A DNA stretch of 37,046 nucleotides from a virus. Position 1 is the first letter of the stretch. Each line of letters opens with the position of its first letter. Below the pieces are notes generated by a model. That model did no database searches, had not been told where the DNA came from, and saw only the letters and a list, made by a program, of their open reading frames with translations. The stretch covers positions 1 to 37,046 of the IMG/VR virus record IMGVR_UViG_3300030397_000824; one strand, 5' to 3'. The position numbers were made by a program, and so were the translations under genes. Shown piece after piece: positions 1-8,484 of this stretch.

Positions 1-2349
1 ATCCCCAGTGTTCAAGACCGTGATTGGTACGAAGATGAATTCGATTGCTTTCGCAGGCTTGATAGCCACGTCAACATACAATTCGTTTCGGTCAATGCGG
101 TCGGGAGTGTTGTTAGACTCGTCACAACGTGCTGCATAGTCGAACAGGGCACGCAGTGATTTCAGACCAGACAGGTAACGTTCCGTAACGATCTGCGCCG
201 AGCGTCGTGTGACAGCGTCGTTCAGTTCGAACAGGAATGGTTCGAGCAGACGGGCAAGGTCATACTTCATCTTGGCGATGAGTCGGGAGACGTTGATTCT
301 GTCTAGTGCAGAGGCAAAGCCTTGGTTTGTCTTTTGTCCGAGAACTGTCAGGCCACGGGATGGCAGGAACGCAATCGGGTTAATGCGATTTTCGTAAAGA
401 ACGTCGCGCTGTGGTTTTGTCAGAATCAGCGGGGTGTAATCACCGTCATTCGACAGGTGACCAACCGAAGCCGCGTTATCGACACGACCGCGCTGGAAGC
501 CAGCCGGTGGGAACCACGGAGCAGCTACCGAGTCACTGAAAGCAATGGTACGCATTGCAATGTGGGTACCCGGCTGCATAACATCTTCGCCGTCAACATT
601 GGTTGTCAGGCACCATGGGTACCAGAAACCAACAAAGGCGTTACCACCGGAAGCGAATCCACGCTCGCCAGTAGCTTCGACGTTGTTTGCATTGGTGATC
701 CACTCAGCCGCAGTAACTTCGCGACCAACCGGAATTCCATTCGGAACCATGAACTTTGGAACATCACATGCTGCGAAGCTGACTTCGTTGTTGTCACCAT
801 TCAGGGTAACCATTTCGTCATACAGTTCTGGGTAACCCGGAGAAGCAATCAACTGGTAGTAGTTGGTTTCTGCACGAATTTCCTGATTCGAAATGAAGAC
901 GGCCTGTAGGGCTTCGACAACCAGATCGCGCTGAGAGCGACGACCAAAGATGTCACCAGTGTTTGGCTCCCAGAAGTTACCGGTCTGAGGAACAACATTG
1001 TATGAGCTACCGTCGAATTCTACGGTAACAGCTTCGAATGCCGGGTTATAAGTCTTCACGGTGTTACGGGTGATAGACTCACCAGTGTTACACCACAGGG
1101 TGTCATTCAGGACAGCAGAAGCAACCGGGTCATCAGGACTGAAGATTACAGAGCTACGGATGTCGATCCACTCACCACTGGTGAAGCGCTTGATAAGCGG
1201 GTATGCGTCCAGTGCTTCCGGAGTAGAAATGTCAACCCAGAAAGAACCCTCGGCAGGGAAACCCGGAGGCGACGCGGAAATAACCTTCTGCGTGCTGGTT
1301 GGGTTGCTGACGGTAGTGGTCTCAACCGGTACCCACTGGTTACCGAAACCAACGTTAGTACCTTCGAGGTACAGCGCGAAGTCAGTAAGGGTATCGTCGA
1401 ACCACAGAGTTCCAGTTTCAGGCTCAGATACAGGAGCATCATTCTGAACAAAGGTGGACAGCGGAATGAAGGTCAATCCGGTGCCGATGAACAGAGGGCG
1501 TGCGCCAGTCGTGTTGATAGAAGAAATGTCTTCCCAAATCGTGTTCTCATTCGGAACAGGCATGATGGTGTCACGGATAACCGTCTGCTGAACCCATACA
1601 CCATCCGCAGCACGGAAACGCTTGAGTTGCAGGTTTACACCACCACCGGAGGAAGTGGTCTTCCACCAGAAGTCACCATCTTCAGAAGCGCCCGGGGTAG
1701 TCGGGGAAACGTGAAGATTGGTAGTACCACCGAAGTCGGTAGACAGGTTTGCATCAGTAGCAGCTTTCCAGATGCCACCGAACTTGTAAACCATAGCGCC
1801 GTCAGCAGTGGAGTAGTCAAAACCCCAGTCGCCGTCAACACCATCAGCCGCAGTAGGAGCAGACTGGAAAACAGTGAAAGAATTCGTATCAGTGATTGGT
1901 GAGAAAACGCCACCAGAACGGACGAAGATTCCACCAACGACTGCATCAGAATCAATCCAGTATGTGCCATCAGGTGGCGGCTCAACCGGCTCTTGATCTG
2001 AAGGAACCAGAGCACCCAAGTCAATTGGAGCACGCAGGATGAATGCACGGCTACCACGACCCAAGAAGGAGTGGGCACCGAGCAATGCGTATTCGTTGGT
2101 TTCGTCACCATGGACCGGCTCACCGGCAGAGGTTACGAAGACTGGGTTACCGTAGTTCAGCAGCAGTTCGCGCTGTGAAGTGATCAAACGAAGAACGTCA
2201 GACTCGGTAGTACCGGGGGCCGTTGCTTGTCCGTCCGAAGAAATCTTGTTTGCTCGTGTTGCGATAACGTAAAGCGGAATCGTCTGAGGATTAGGCTCGG
2301 AATAAATCGAGGCGTCTGTGAGGGTCACATTGACCGCAGGACTCGTCAT
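1..2349 (-). CDS. gp18: Contractile tail sheath protein (T4 gp18-like); 3' end runs off the window
   Basis: Absent from the ORF track. Minus-strand ATG at 2349 with AGGAG SD. N-terminus MTSPAVNVTLTDASIY...LITSQRELLLNYGNP...ETNEYALLGAHSFLG; window edge reads KPAKAIEFIFVPITVLNTGD in the same frame, a typical sheath C-terminal motif. Both ends translated by hand; the interior was not checked codon by codon. Confidence 0.93.
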   Translation of the reverse strand, partial: MTSPAVNVTLTDASIYSEPNPQTIPLYVIATRANKISSDGQATAPGTTESDVLRLITSQRELLLNYGNPVFVTSAGEPVHGDETNEYALLGAHSFLGRGSRAFILRAPIDLGALVPSDQEPVEPPPDGTYWIDSDAVVGGIFVRSGGVFSPITDTNSFTVFQSAPTAADGVDGDWGFDYSTADGAMVYKFGGIWKAATDANLSTDFGGTTNLHVSPTTPGASEDGDFWWKTTSSGGGVNLQLKRFRAADGVWVQQTVIRDTIMPVPNENTIWEDISSINTTGARPLFIGTGLTFIPLSTFVQNDAPVSEPETGTLWFDDTLTDFALYLEGTNVGFGNQWVPVETTTVSNPTSTQKVISASPPGFPAEGSFWVDISTPEALDAYPLIKRFTSGEWIDIRSSVIFSPDDPVASAVLNDTLWCNTGESITRNTVKTYNPAFEAVTVEFDGSSYNVVPQTGNFWEPNTGDIFGRRSQRDLVVEALQAVFISNQEIRAETNYYQLIASPGYPELYDEMVTLNGDNNEVSFAACDVPKFMVPNGIPVGREVTAAEWITNANNVEATGERGFASGGNAFVGFWYPWCLTTNVDGEDVMQPGTHIAMRTIAFSDSVAAPWFPPAGFQRGRVDNAASVGHLSNDGDYTPLILTKPQRDVLYENRINPIAFLPSRGLTVLGQKTNQGFASALDRINVSRLIAKMKYDLARLLEPFLFELNDAVTRRSAQIVTERYLSGLKSLRALFDYAARCDESNNTPDRIDRNELYVDVAIKPAKAIEFIFVPITVLNTGD

Positions 2350-2386
2350 TTTGTCGTTCTCCTGAAGGAAATTTTGTTATGTTGAT

Positions 2387-2392
2387 TATTTA
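2387..2392 (-). promoter_or_regulatory. Late-promoter-like TAAATA upstream of the sheath gene
   Basis: GGGTAAATAATC on the minus strand, about 38 nt before the ATG; resembles the T4 late TATAAATA core and recurs before structural genes. Confidence 0.65.
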
Positions 2393-2442
2393 CCCGGGAG
2401 TGCCTATATACGTGGTATGATCCTAAAACATAACTGCTACCA

Positions 2443-3531
2443 ATGTCACGGTTAACCACAGAAGAATTCATCTCACGAGCTAATAAAGTTCATGGAGATA
2501 TTTATGATTATGGAGAAGTTAAATATGTCAATGCCGCAACAAAAGTGACAATTGGTTGTAAAAAGCATGGGAATTTCACACAGCGACCGGGAGATCATAC
2601 CCGAGGGCAGGGTTGCCCAAAATGTGGTTATGATAAAAATCGTCGAGATAAGCAATTCATCGAGCGGGCAAAATCCATACATGGAGACAAATATGATTAC
2701 TCCGAAGTGGTATACAAAAGAACCGATCAGAAGGTAACAATAATTTGTCCAGACCATGGAAAATGGCAGACTAAACCAATGACTCACCTCAGTGGATCAC
2801 GGTGTCCCAAATGTGCATCCCTTCTAACACACGACGAGTTTCTTCAGAAAGCATTCGATATTCATGGACCAAAATATAACTATGACAAGACCATTTTCAC
2901 GGAGACCCGGAATGATGTAATTATAACGTGTCTCGATCACGGAGATTTTGTTCAGCGTGCCAGTGCCCATTTGTTAGGCAACGGTTGTAAACAATGTGCT
3001 GATGATAAACGCCGCCTGACTACTGAGGATTTCATCCAGCGATCACATGATATTCATGAGGGATTCTATGATTATTCAAAGACAGATTACGTAAACTCCC
3101 ATCAATATGTGACAATAACCTGTCCAATTCACGGGGATTTCCAAACAAAACCATATAATCATCTACAGGGAAGGCGCTGCCGTCGTTGTTTTTATGATAA
3201 TCACCCGGGTGGTTACACCGAGGAGGTATTCAAATTAAGACCGGAACTCCGTACATTGCCGGGAGTATTCTACATCACCGAATATGAATTCCCGAAGGAA
3301 CACTTCATTAAGGTCGGCATCACGCAGCACACCGCGTATTCGCGTGCCAAGAGTTATTGGCAATATGCGACTGTGTTAGTTGAGACGCCATTACCATTGT
3401 ACGATGCATTCGTTCGGGAACAGGAAATATTACATCGTTCCGAGTTGCAGCAGTTCAAGTATTACCCAAAGAGCATCCGTGCAGGAAACACAGAGTGCTT
3501 CACTTTAGACGTTAAGCCGTATCTGTTTTGA
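2443..3531 (+). CDS. Putative free-standing homing endonuclease: four DUF723-like zinc-binding repeats plus a C-terminal GIY-YIG/T5orf172-like domain
   Basis: Four repeats of F..A..HG..YDY...Y......V.I.C..HG.F......H..G..C..C, then GVFYITEY...FIKVGIT...TECFT. Opposite orientation to both neighbours. Confidence 0.8.
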   Translation: MSRLTTEEFISRANKVHGDIYDYGEVKYVNAATKVTIGCKKHGNFTQRPGDHTRGQGCPKCGYDKNRRDKQFIERAKSIHGDKYDYSEVVYKRTDQKVTIICPDHGKWQTKPMTHLSGSRCPKCASLLTHDEFLQKAFDIHGPKYNYDKTIFTETRNDVIITCLDHGDFVQRASAHLLGNGCKQCADDKRRLTTEDFIQRSHDIHEGFYDYSKTDYVNSHQYVTITCPIHGDFQTKPYNHLQGRRCRRCFYDNHPGGYTEEVFKLRPELRTLPGVFYITEYEFPKEHFIKVGITQHTAYSRAKSYWQYATVLVETPLPLYDAFVREQEILHRSELQQFKYYPKSIRAGNTECFTLDVKPYLF

Positions 3532-4018
3532 GATCATCTCGCAAAACGTAGAATACGTGCATATCACCAAACGGTGGTGCAGAGAATTGTTCCTCATCGG
3601 CCAGCGAGTATCCAACTTTGGTCATTCGGCCTGCCAACCGTTTTGCCATCTTTGCGTAGGTGACATCACGACCTTCGTCGATGAGTGCTGCCACGGCGAA
3701 TGCTTCGGGTTGTTCGGACCCGAGGAATTCTTCAAATATCTTGATTGCGGTTGAGAACACGAGGAATTCATTTCCAGTTCCGAGCAGATAGTTCCCCGAA
3801 ACAAGGTCACCACCCTGATAGTTAGCTATCAAGGCACCCATTACAGTTTCGAATTGTTGCGGAATTGGAGATGATGAGAACGGCATGAAGTTGGTTTCAT
3901 ATGGCATCATAATGACTGCATAGGGGATATCTTCAACTTCAAAGGTTGCCGCAGGCACTCCCATGAAATCATGCCACTCGTAATCTGCTGTCTTGTCAAA
4001 AAGTTCCAGTAATTTCAT
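3512..4018 (-). CDS. Hypothetical protein, possible internal virion protein
   Basis: 168 aa ORF with ATGA coupling to the upstream gene; starts MKLLELFD. Confidence 0.7.
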   Translation of the reverse strand: MKLLELFDKTADYEWHDFMGVPAATFEVEDIPYAVIMMPYETNFMPFSSSPIPQQFETVMGALIANYQGGDLVSGNYLLGTGNEFLVFSTAIKIFEEFLGSEQPEAFAVAALIDEGRDVTYAKMAKRLAGRMTKVGYSLADEEQFSAPPFGDMHVFYVLRDDLKTDTA

Positions 4019-4437
4019 TTTGGTGTTCCCACGATGGCTGGAACAGATTTCCGTCCAGCAACAAAGGATGCAGCAGTTCTATGCCACCCATCCCATATGT
4101 GCCATTCCCCAACATCGTTATATACCATAATTATGGGTTCTTGAATTTCTTCTTGTGCCAAATGCGCCCAACGTGATTTCCCTTCTGGTTCGTCGCTCAT
4201 CGGATCGGTCCACATTTCGTTTTCTTGCTTAAACCACTCAACCCAATCTTCCAATTTATCCAATCCTGATTCGGCACTTTTACCAAGAAAAACTTTTAGA
4301 GGAAGCTCTGGAACTATTTCCCAATTATATTCGGATGCAGGTTTATCTTCGAGATTGTTATCGTACTCGAAGTAACTAGCTTGTTTCTCCAATTCATCCG
4401 GAGAATACATTTCGAAGAGCGTAACAATCTGTTCCAT
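4015..4437 (-). CDS. ParB/Srx-like N-terminal domain protein
   Basis: Start placed at ATG 4437 (TAATG overlap with the gp15-like stop). Motif EPIIMV...HIWDGWHRTAASFVAGRKSVPAIVG matches the ParB/sulfiredoxin DGxHR signature. Confidence 0.7.
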   Translation of the reverse strand: MEQIVTLFEMYSPDELEKQASYFEYDNNLEDKPASEYNWEIVPELPLKVFLGKSAESGLDKLEDWVEWFKQENEMWTDPMSDEPEGKSRWAHLAQEEIQEPIIMVYNDVGEWHIWDGWHRTAASFVAGRKSVPAIVGTPK

Positions 4438-5324
4438 TATCCGAAGGTCTCGAAACGGAGGGTGTCTTCCTCGTCTGCTCTGATTACACACTTGTCCAGT
4501 TGTTCCAGATCATTGAATAACAAGGTATCCGCCATGACGGTTTCACCATCGTAGGTTCCCAAGTCTAAAATCGGAACATGGATTTCGTGGATGTTTTTGG
4601 TTTCCAAAACTTTGACAGGTGCCGACAACCACATGACCGTTCGGAACGACATTGAGTGAACGGTAAACGAGTCGGAATTGGTTCCGTCAGCCTGTACACT
4701 TTCTACACGGATGTCACCATCAAAATTCAAGGTGGATAAGAAACCCCAGTCAGCCATTCCATTGGATAACGCGATGTCGAGTTCCGGATTAAACACAACA
4801 CCGATTTGTTCGATGAGTTGGAATGCTTGGTCCTTGTTTGAAGTCCAGATAGCCAATTCAAATGATACTTCGTAGGGGACCGGCATGTAACGCTCGACCG
4901 TGGTTTTCTTACCGGGCTGTCCAACAATAAGCTTTCCATCAGGATCGCGGGCTCTCTCGATGAATTGAAGTTTCTCGATGTGTTGTGGTTGTTGACGCCA
5001 GTCAGCTTTCTGAGCAAACCCGGTATCGATGAGTGACATGATTGGAAGGTATGCTACTGTATTCTCGGAACCACCCTGAAGAATATAACCAACAGCCCTG
5101 TCCATTCCACCGTAGATGATAGGCACATCCATGAAGTGATGCTTCCCGTCGCGTTGGACACCAGTCCGAACTTGATAACCGGCGAACGCCGCCAACACCT
5201 GTACTATGAGGCGCTTAAACTGGGCATCGTAGAAGAACGGCTTCCGGCGTAGGCCAGATAGTGATCGTTCTGGAGCATCAATGATAGTGCTCTGCTTTTG
5301 TGTTTCTGGCTGTCGTTGTGTCAT
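4437..5324 (-). CDS. gp15: Tail sheath stabilizer / tail terminator (T4 gp15-like)
   Basis: FFYDAQFKR...VPIIYG...LPIMSL...MPVPYEVSFELAIWTSNKDQAFQLIEQI...FNP, in neck/tail context. Confidence 0.85.
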   Translation of the reverse strand: MTQRQPETQKQSTIIDAPERSLSGLRRKPFFYDAQFKRLIVQVLAAFAGYQVRTGVQRDGKHHFMDVPIIYGGMDRAVGYILQGGSENTVAYLPIMSLIDTGFAQKADWRQQPQHIEKLQFIERARDPDGKLIVGQPGKKTTVERYMPVPYEVSFELAIWTSNKDQAFQLIEQIGVVFNPELDIALSNGMADWGFLSTLNFDGDIRVESVQADGTNSDSFTVHSMSFRTVMWLSAPVKVLETKNIHEIHVPILDLGTYDGETVMADTLLFNDLEQLDKCVIRADEEDTLRFETFG

Positions 5325-6085
5325 TTACGTCGTATCCTGATTAGTGATGGGTCCATAACCATGCGAACCGTGGCCATCGGTCCATCACCTCTGTAGTTAT
5401 CCTTAATCATGTGCACGTCAATGATGTCGTATCCCAACTCATCAACAATTGCAGCCAGAGATGTGGTAGAAAGTGTGCCACCGTCACCGCGAATCTGATG
5501 AGTAAATTGATCAATCAGGCGCTTGACACTCATTTCATCCATGCCATCCTGCACCAAGGCATTCTTCAGTGAGGCAACCTTGATACCACGAAAGTTTTGA
5601 CCAGCACCACTAATTTCTAATGTCTTACCGGGCGCAACATCAACTTCAACCACCCCCGGGACAGCAGCTTGATAGTCGAAGGCTCTTCGGTCATCGGCAT
5701 AGGTTCCGGCAACGTCTTGTCGGTCGCTCAGGAATATAGGTTTACGAATCGTCTTTCTGGTTCGTAATGCCGCTGCCGCATCCAACAAATCCATGTAAGG
5801 GTCAGACCCACTCGGATACTTTTCAAGCTCCTGCTGAATTTGCATCCACTTCTTCGGGTCAGTAATGTAATCAACGCTTTCAGTACGAGATTCGAAATTA
5901 TCCCCGAGCTTCTGTAATTCAGGAGTTCCGTGATACCATGTTCCGTCTTCAGCCAATTCGTACTCGGTTGCATCAGTGGGCAACGGATAAATGGTTGGAC
6001 CACCCGGGAGATCGCGGGATAGGAAGAAGGAATTGTCCATACCTTCCGGTATTTCGGTTCGTCCCATTAATTCCTGAATCTTCAT
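5321..6085 (-). CDS. ADP-ribosyltransferase-like protein (ART-PolyVal-like)
   Basis: WYHGT ... IFLSD...AGTYA ... LGYDII..H..KD ... VMDPSLIR follows the motif order of ART-PolyVal domains. Confidence 0.6.
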   Translation of the reverse strand: MKIQELMGRTEIPEGMDNSFFLSRDLPGGPTIYPLPTDATEYELAEDGTWYHGTPELQKLGDNFESRTESVDYITDPKKWMQIQQELEKYPSGSDPYMDLLDAAAALRTRKTIRKPIFLSDRQDVAGTYADDRRAFDYQAAVPGVVEVDVAPGKTLEISGAGQNFRGIKVASLKNALVQDGMDEMSVKRLIDQFTHQIRGDGGTLSTTSLAAIVDELGYDIIDVHMIKDNYRGDGPMATVRMVMDPSLIRIRRK

Positions 6086-7335
6086 CCTTTCTGTTCACCT
6101 TCGTTTTCATTGATCTCGAACGATTCCTTGTTCTCGGTTTTCTCTTCATAAGAAAGATCAGAACGATCATGGCGGCTCGTGAACACGTCATGGATACTTT
6201 TCAGTTCCCAATTACGTTCACGGTCTTCATCAGAACGGTCGGACATGAATTCTCGAAGTTGAACAACCCAGTTGTATGGTTGCCATTCTCGTTTGTTGTC
6301 CTTTTCCATCAGCTTCCAGCGCTGGTTTTCAGCGAACCGGTAAAGACGATTTGGTACGAAGTCAACACGCAGGAACCAATCACCAATCTGAGGATCGGAT
6401 GGGAAGTCTGCACCTTGCTCGACGGGCTCGCCATTATCAGGCTTCCCGTCGCCAGTCCATCGGTACGGTTTGCGGTCCGGATGGTCCGGACAGAAATATA
6501 ATAACGTGGTATCGAACCACGTGGTGTTCACATACTCGCGTGCCTTTTCTTGATTGGCTTGAGTCATCGACATCATGGCATCGAGATTCGACATCTGTTC
6601 TGCCAAGTTCTTTCCGTATTCGTCCATGCGATGGAAAAGGTCGAGGAATTCTTGCTGATGACGCATTGGGCGCAACACGATTGCTGATACGTGACGGGCA
6701 TACATTGGGTCGATGCCGGTCGGTGACCACACAATGGAACTCACCTCGTACCATTTGTTTGCAACACGACCGTCGATACCAACTTCACGTAGGTGGGGCA
6801 TCTCAATAACATCACCCGGGGCCAGTCGCCGCTCGCATTGTCGTTCCATTTCTTCGGTGTGGACTTCGATGGTGATAACATCATTCGATAGGGCCATACC
6901 AAAGCGAGCATATTCGAGTTCGTTCTGGCTGACCGTGTAGACCACACGGAGTATCGGAATCTCATCAAAATCGTATTCTCGATCCCGGTTCTCATTCAAT
7001 ACTGTATCTTGGACACCCAAGAAAGAACCAACATCAGTCGGTCCTTCATTTTTCGGTCCAAACGGATTTTCCCGTTGGTCATCTACGTCGAATAGGTTTT
7101 CTTCGTCGTCAGTGTCCGGGCCATGAGGATCATGCTTGACACCAAACTCATCTTCATCCTGAAGGAATGTTCCTTTCATGCGATAGACGTTGACATCAAC
7201 ACCACCCATGTCAATGTGCATCTTGATGAGATCGCTGGTGAACTGGCTAGTTTTGGTTTTGTTACCAAAATGGGAAGCCCCGTTCGTATCTTTAGCGAAC
7301 CAAGAGAATGGGTTTTTAGGCTGAAATTTAGGCAT
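6082..7335 (-). CDS. gp14: Neck / head-tail connector protein (T4 gp14-like, large-phage type)
   Basis: HIDMGGVDVNVYR, QDTVLNENRDREYD, ARFGMAL, RRLAPGDVIEMPHL; lies between gp13-like and gp15-like genes. Confidence 0.7.
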   Translation of the reverse strand: MPKFQPKNPFSWFAKDTNGASHFGNKTKTSQFTSDLIKMHIDMGGVDVNVYRMKGTFLQDEDEFGVKHDPHGPDTDDEENLFDVDDQRENPFGPKNEGPTDVGSFLGVQDTVLNENRDREYDFDEIPILRVVYTVSQNELEYARFGMALSNDVITIEVHTEEMERQCERRLAPGDVIEMPHLREVGIDGRVANKWYEVSSIVWSPTGIDPMYARHVSAIVLRPMRHQQEFLDLFHRMDEYGKNLAEQMSNLDAMMSMTQANQEKAREYVNTTWFDTTLLYFCPDHPDRKPYRWTGDGKPDNGEPVEQGADFPSDPQIGDWFLRVDFVPNRLYRFAENQRWKLMEKDNKREWQPYNWVVQLREFMSDRSDEDRERNWELKSIHDVFTSRHDRSDLSYEEKTENKESFEINENEGEQKG

Positions 7336-7457
7336 TATCCGAACACCAGTACTATTCCCGCAGCCACGCCAAACACAACTCCCCAGAACACGATATGTAC
7401 TAGGTTGAGCTTGAGGTCATCAGGTGCTCTTTTGTTGAGTTTGTCTAGCCACTTCAT
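7335..7457 (-). CDS. Small single-pass membrane protein (40 aa)
   Basis: Below the ORF-track cutoff: MKWLDKLNKRAPDDLKLNLVHIVFWGVVFGVAAGIVLVFG*. GAGG SD; its stop overlaps the gp14-like start (TAATG). Confidence 0.7.
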   Translation of the reverse strand: MKWLDKLNKRAPDDLKLNLVHIVFWGVVFGVAAGIVLVFG

Positions 7458-7460
7458 GTT

Positions 7461-8294
7461 TTAACCTCTGATTGGTTGCGGAACCATCGAACCATCGATG
7501 TACAGTAGCAGATCGTCTTCGAGTTTTTCTTTTTCAGCCAGTCCTTCAGACACCAATTGCTCACCCTTCATGGTAGTACCACCTTGGGCACCCGGGATGG
7601 TTGCAAAGACACGATATTTTTCACCAAGGATAATCTTCATTTCAGCGAGGTGATAATCTCGAAGCCATCTAGCAGCGAAGTGATCCTTCAACAATTCTAG
7701 ATAAGATTTCAGAACCATGGATTCAATCAGTACTTCTTCCTGTTGTTGTGGAACCTGAGTCAGGAAAAGAGAATTCGTTTCGGTGCGGAACACAAACTGA
7801 AGTTCACGAACGAAAAGTCGGTCGAGTGTTTCTTGATATTGGAGAACCAAATCATAGGAAACCAAATCGAAGGCCGCACCGTTCTGCCCGATGCCACCAC
7901 GAAGCAACGTGTTGGCCGTAGCGGCTCCAAAACTTTCGAAGGCACCTGAGCCACCAGAACTTCCACCAAAGAGGCCACGGGCTCTCCAAATGCGAATGAC
8001 GTTGTCTACGCGTTCGTCCAATATTATCTCTTGGATTCCGGGCTGTAGCTGAAGGGCAGTCCACGATTTGTATACGGAACCACCACCGACTTGTCGATAG
8101 GTATCGACAGCCAACTGCCACGCGGTCGAATAATCATCATCTTCCAAATGGACATCAATGCTGGAACCACCCAGACGAATGTAATTGTTGTAATACATCC
8201 GTTCTAGGAGCCGATGGGTCTCTGGATTATTGGTCTCGTGGTCGGCTGGCTGCATCAATTCAGCGTTCGGACCGCCACCTAGTTGTGTTGGCAT
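7461..8294 (-). CDS. gp13: Neck protein (T4 gp13-like)
   Basis: Start placed at ATG 8294 (GGGAG SD). IRLGGSSIDVHLEDD...WLRDYHLAEMKIILGEKYRVFATIPGAQGGTTMKGEQL...EKEKLE is a gp13-type pattern. Confidence 0.85.
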   Translation of the reverse strand: MPTQLGGGPNAELMQPADHETNNPETHRLLERMYYNNYIRLGGSSIDVHLEDDDYSTAWQLAVDTYRQVGGGSVYKSWTALQLQPGIQEIILDERVDNVIRIWRARGLFGGSSGGSGAFESFGAATANTLLRGGIGQNGAAFDLVSYDLVLQYQETLDRLFVRELQFVFRTETNSLFLTQVPQQQEEVLIESMVLKSYLELLKDHFAARWLRDYHLAEMKIILGEKYRVFATIPGAQGGTTMKGEQLVSEGLAEKEKLEDDLLLYIDGSMVPQPIRG

Positions 8295-8320
8295 TCGCGT
8301 GTTCTCCCGATTGGTGTAGT

Positions 8321-8326
8321 TATTTA
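8321..8326 (-). promoter_or_regulatory. Late-promoter-like TAAATA for the neck operon
   Basis: TCGGTAAATAAC about 27 nt upstream of the gp13-like ATG. Confidence 0.65.
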
Positions 8327-8484
8327 CCGAAGTTTCTTGACTTTTAATTGATGAAGAAAGATATATAGAGGTAGGTGTACGATTTCTTCGAATCGGCACT
8401 GAGTATAAAAGTCCGAAGGCGGTAAGCCCTTGCGTGTTCAGCAAGGCCATTAAAGACCTCCGGCAGTACAATGGAGAAAGTATC

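Noticed and set aside
209-2123. Several short ORFs listed in the track
   Set aside because: They are shadows or off-frame pieces of the minus-strand sheath gene, which the track missed because its stop lies outside the window.
1-8294. Bacterial contractile injection system or tailocin
   Set aside because: Neck genes (gp13/gp14-like), late promoters, Hsp20, RNA ligase and dense small ORFs point to a lytic myovirus.
8360-8470. TPP, lysine or c-di-GMP riboswitch
   Set aside because: Only short fragments (CTGAG, AGAGGT, CCTCCGG) resemble them; the remaining conserved cores are missing. Kept as an unclassified leader.
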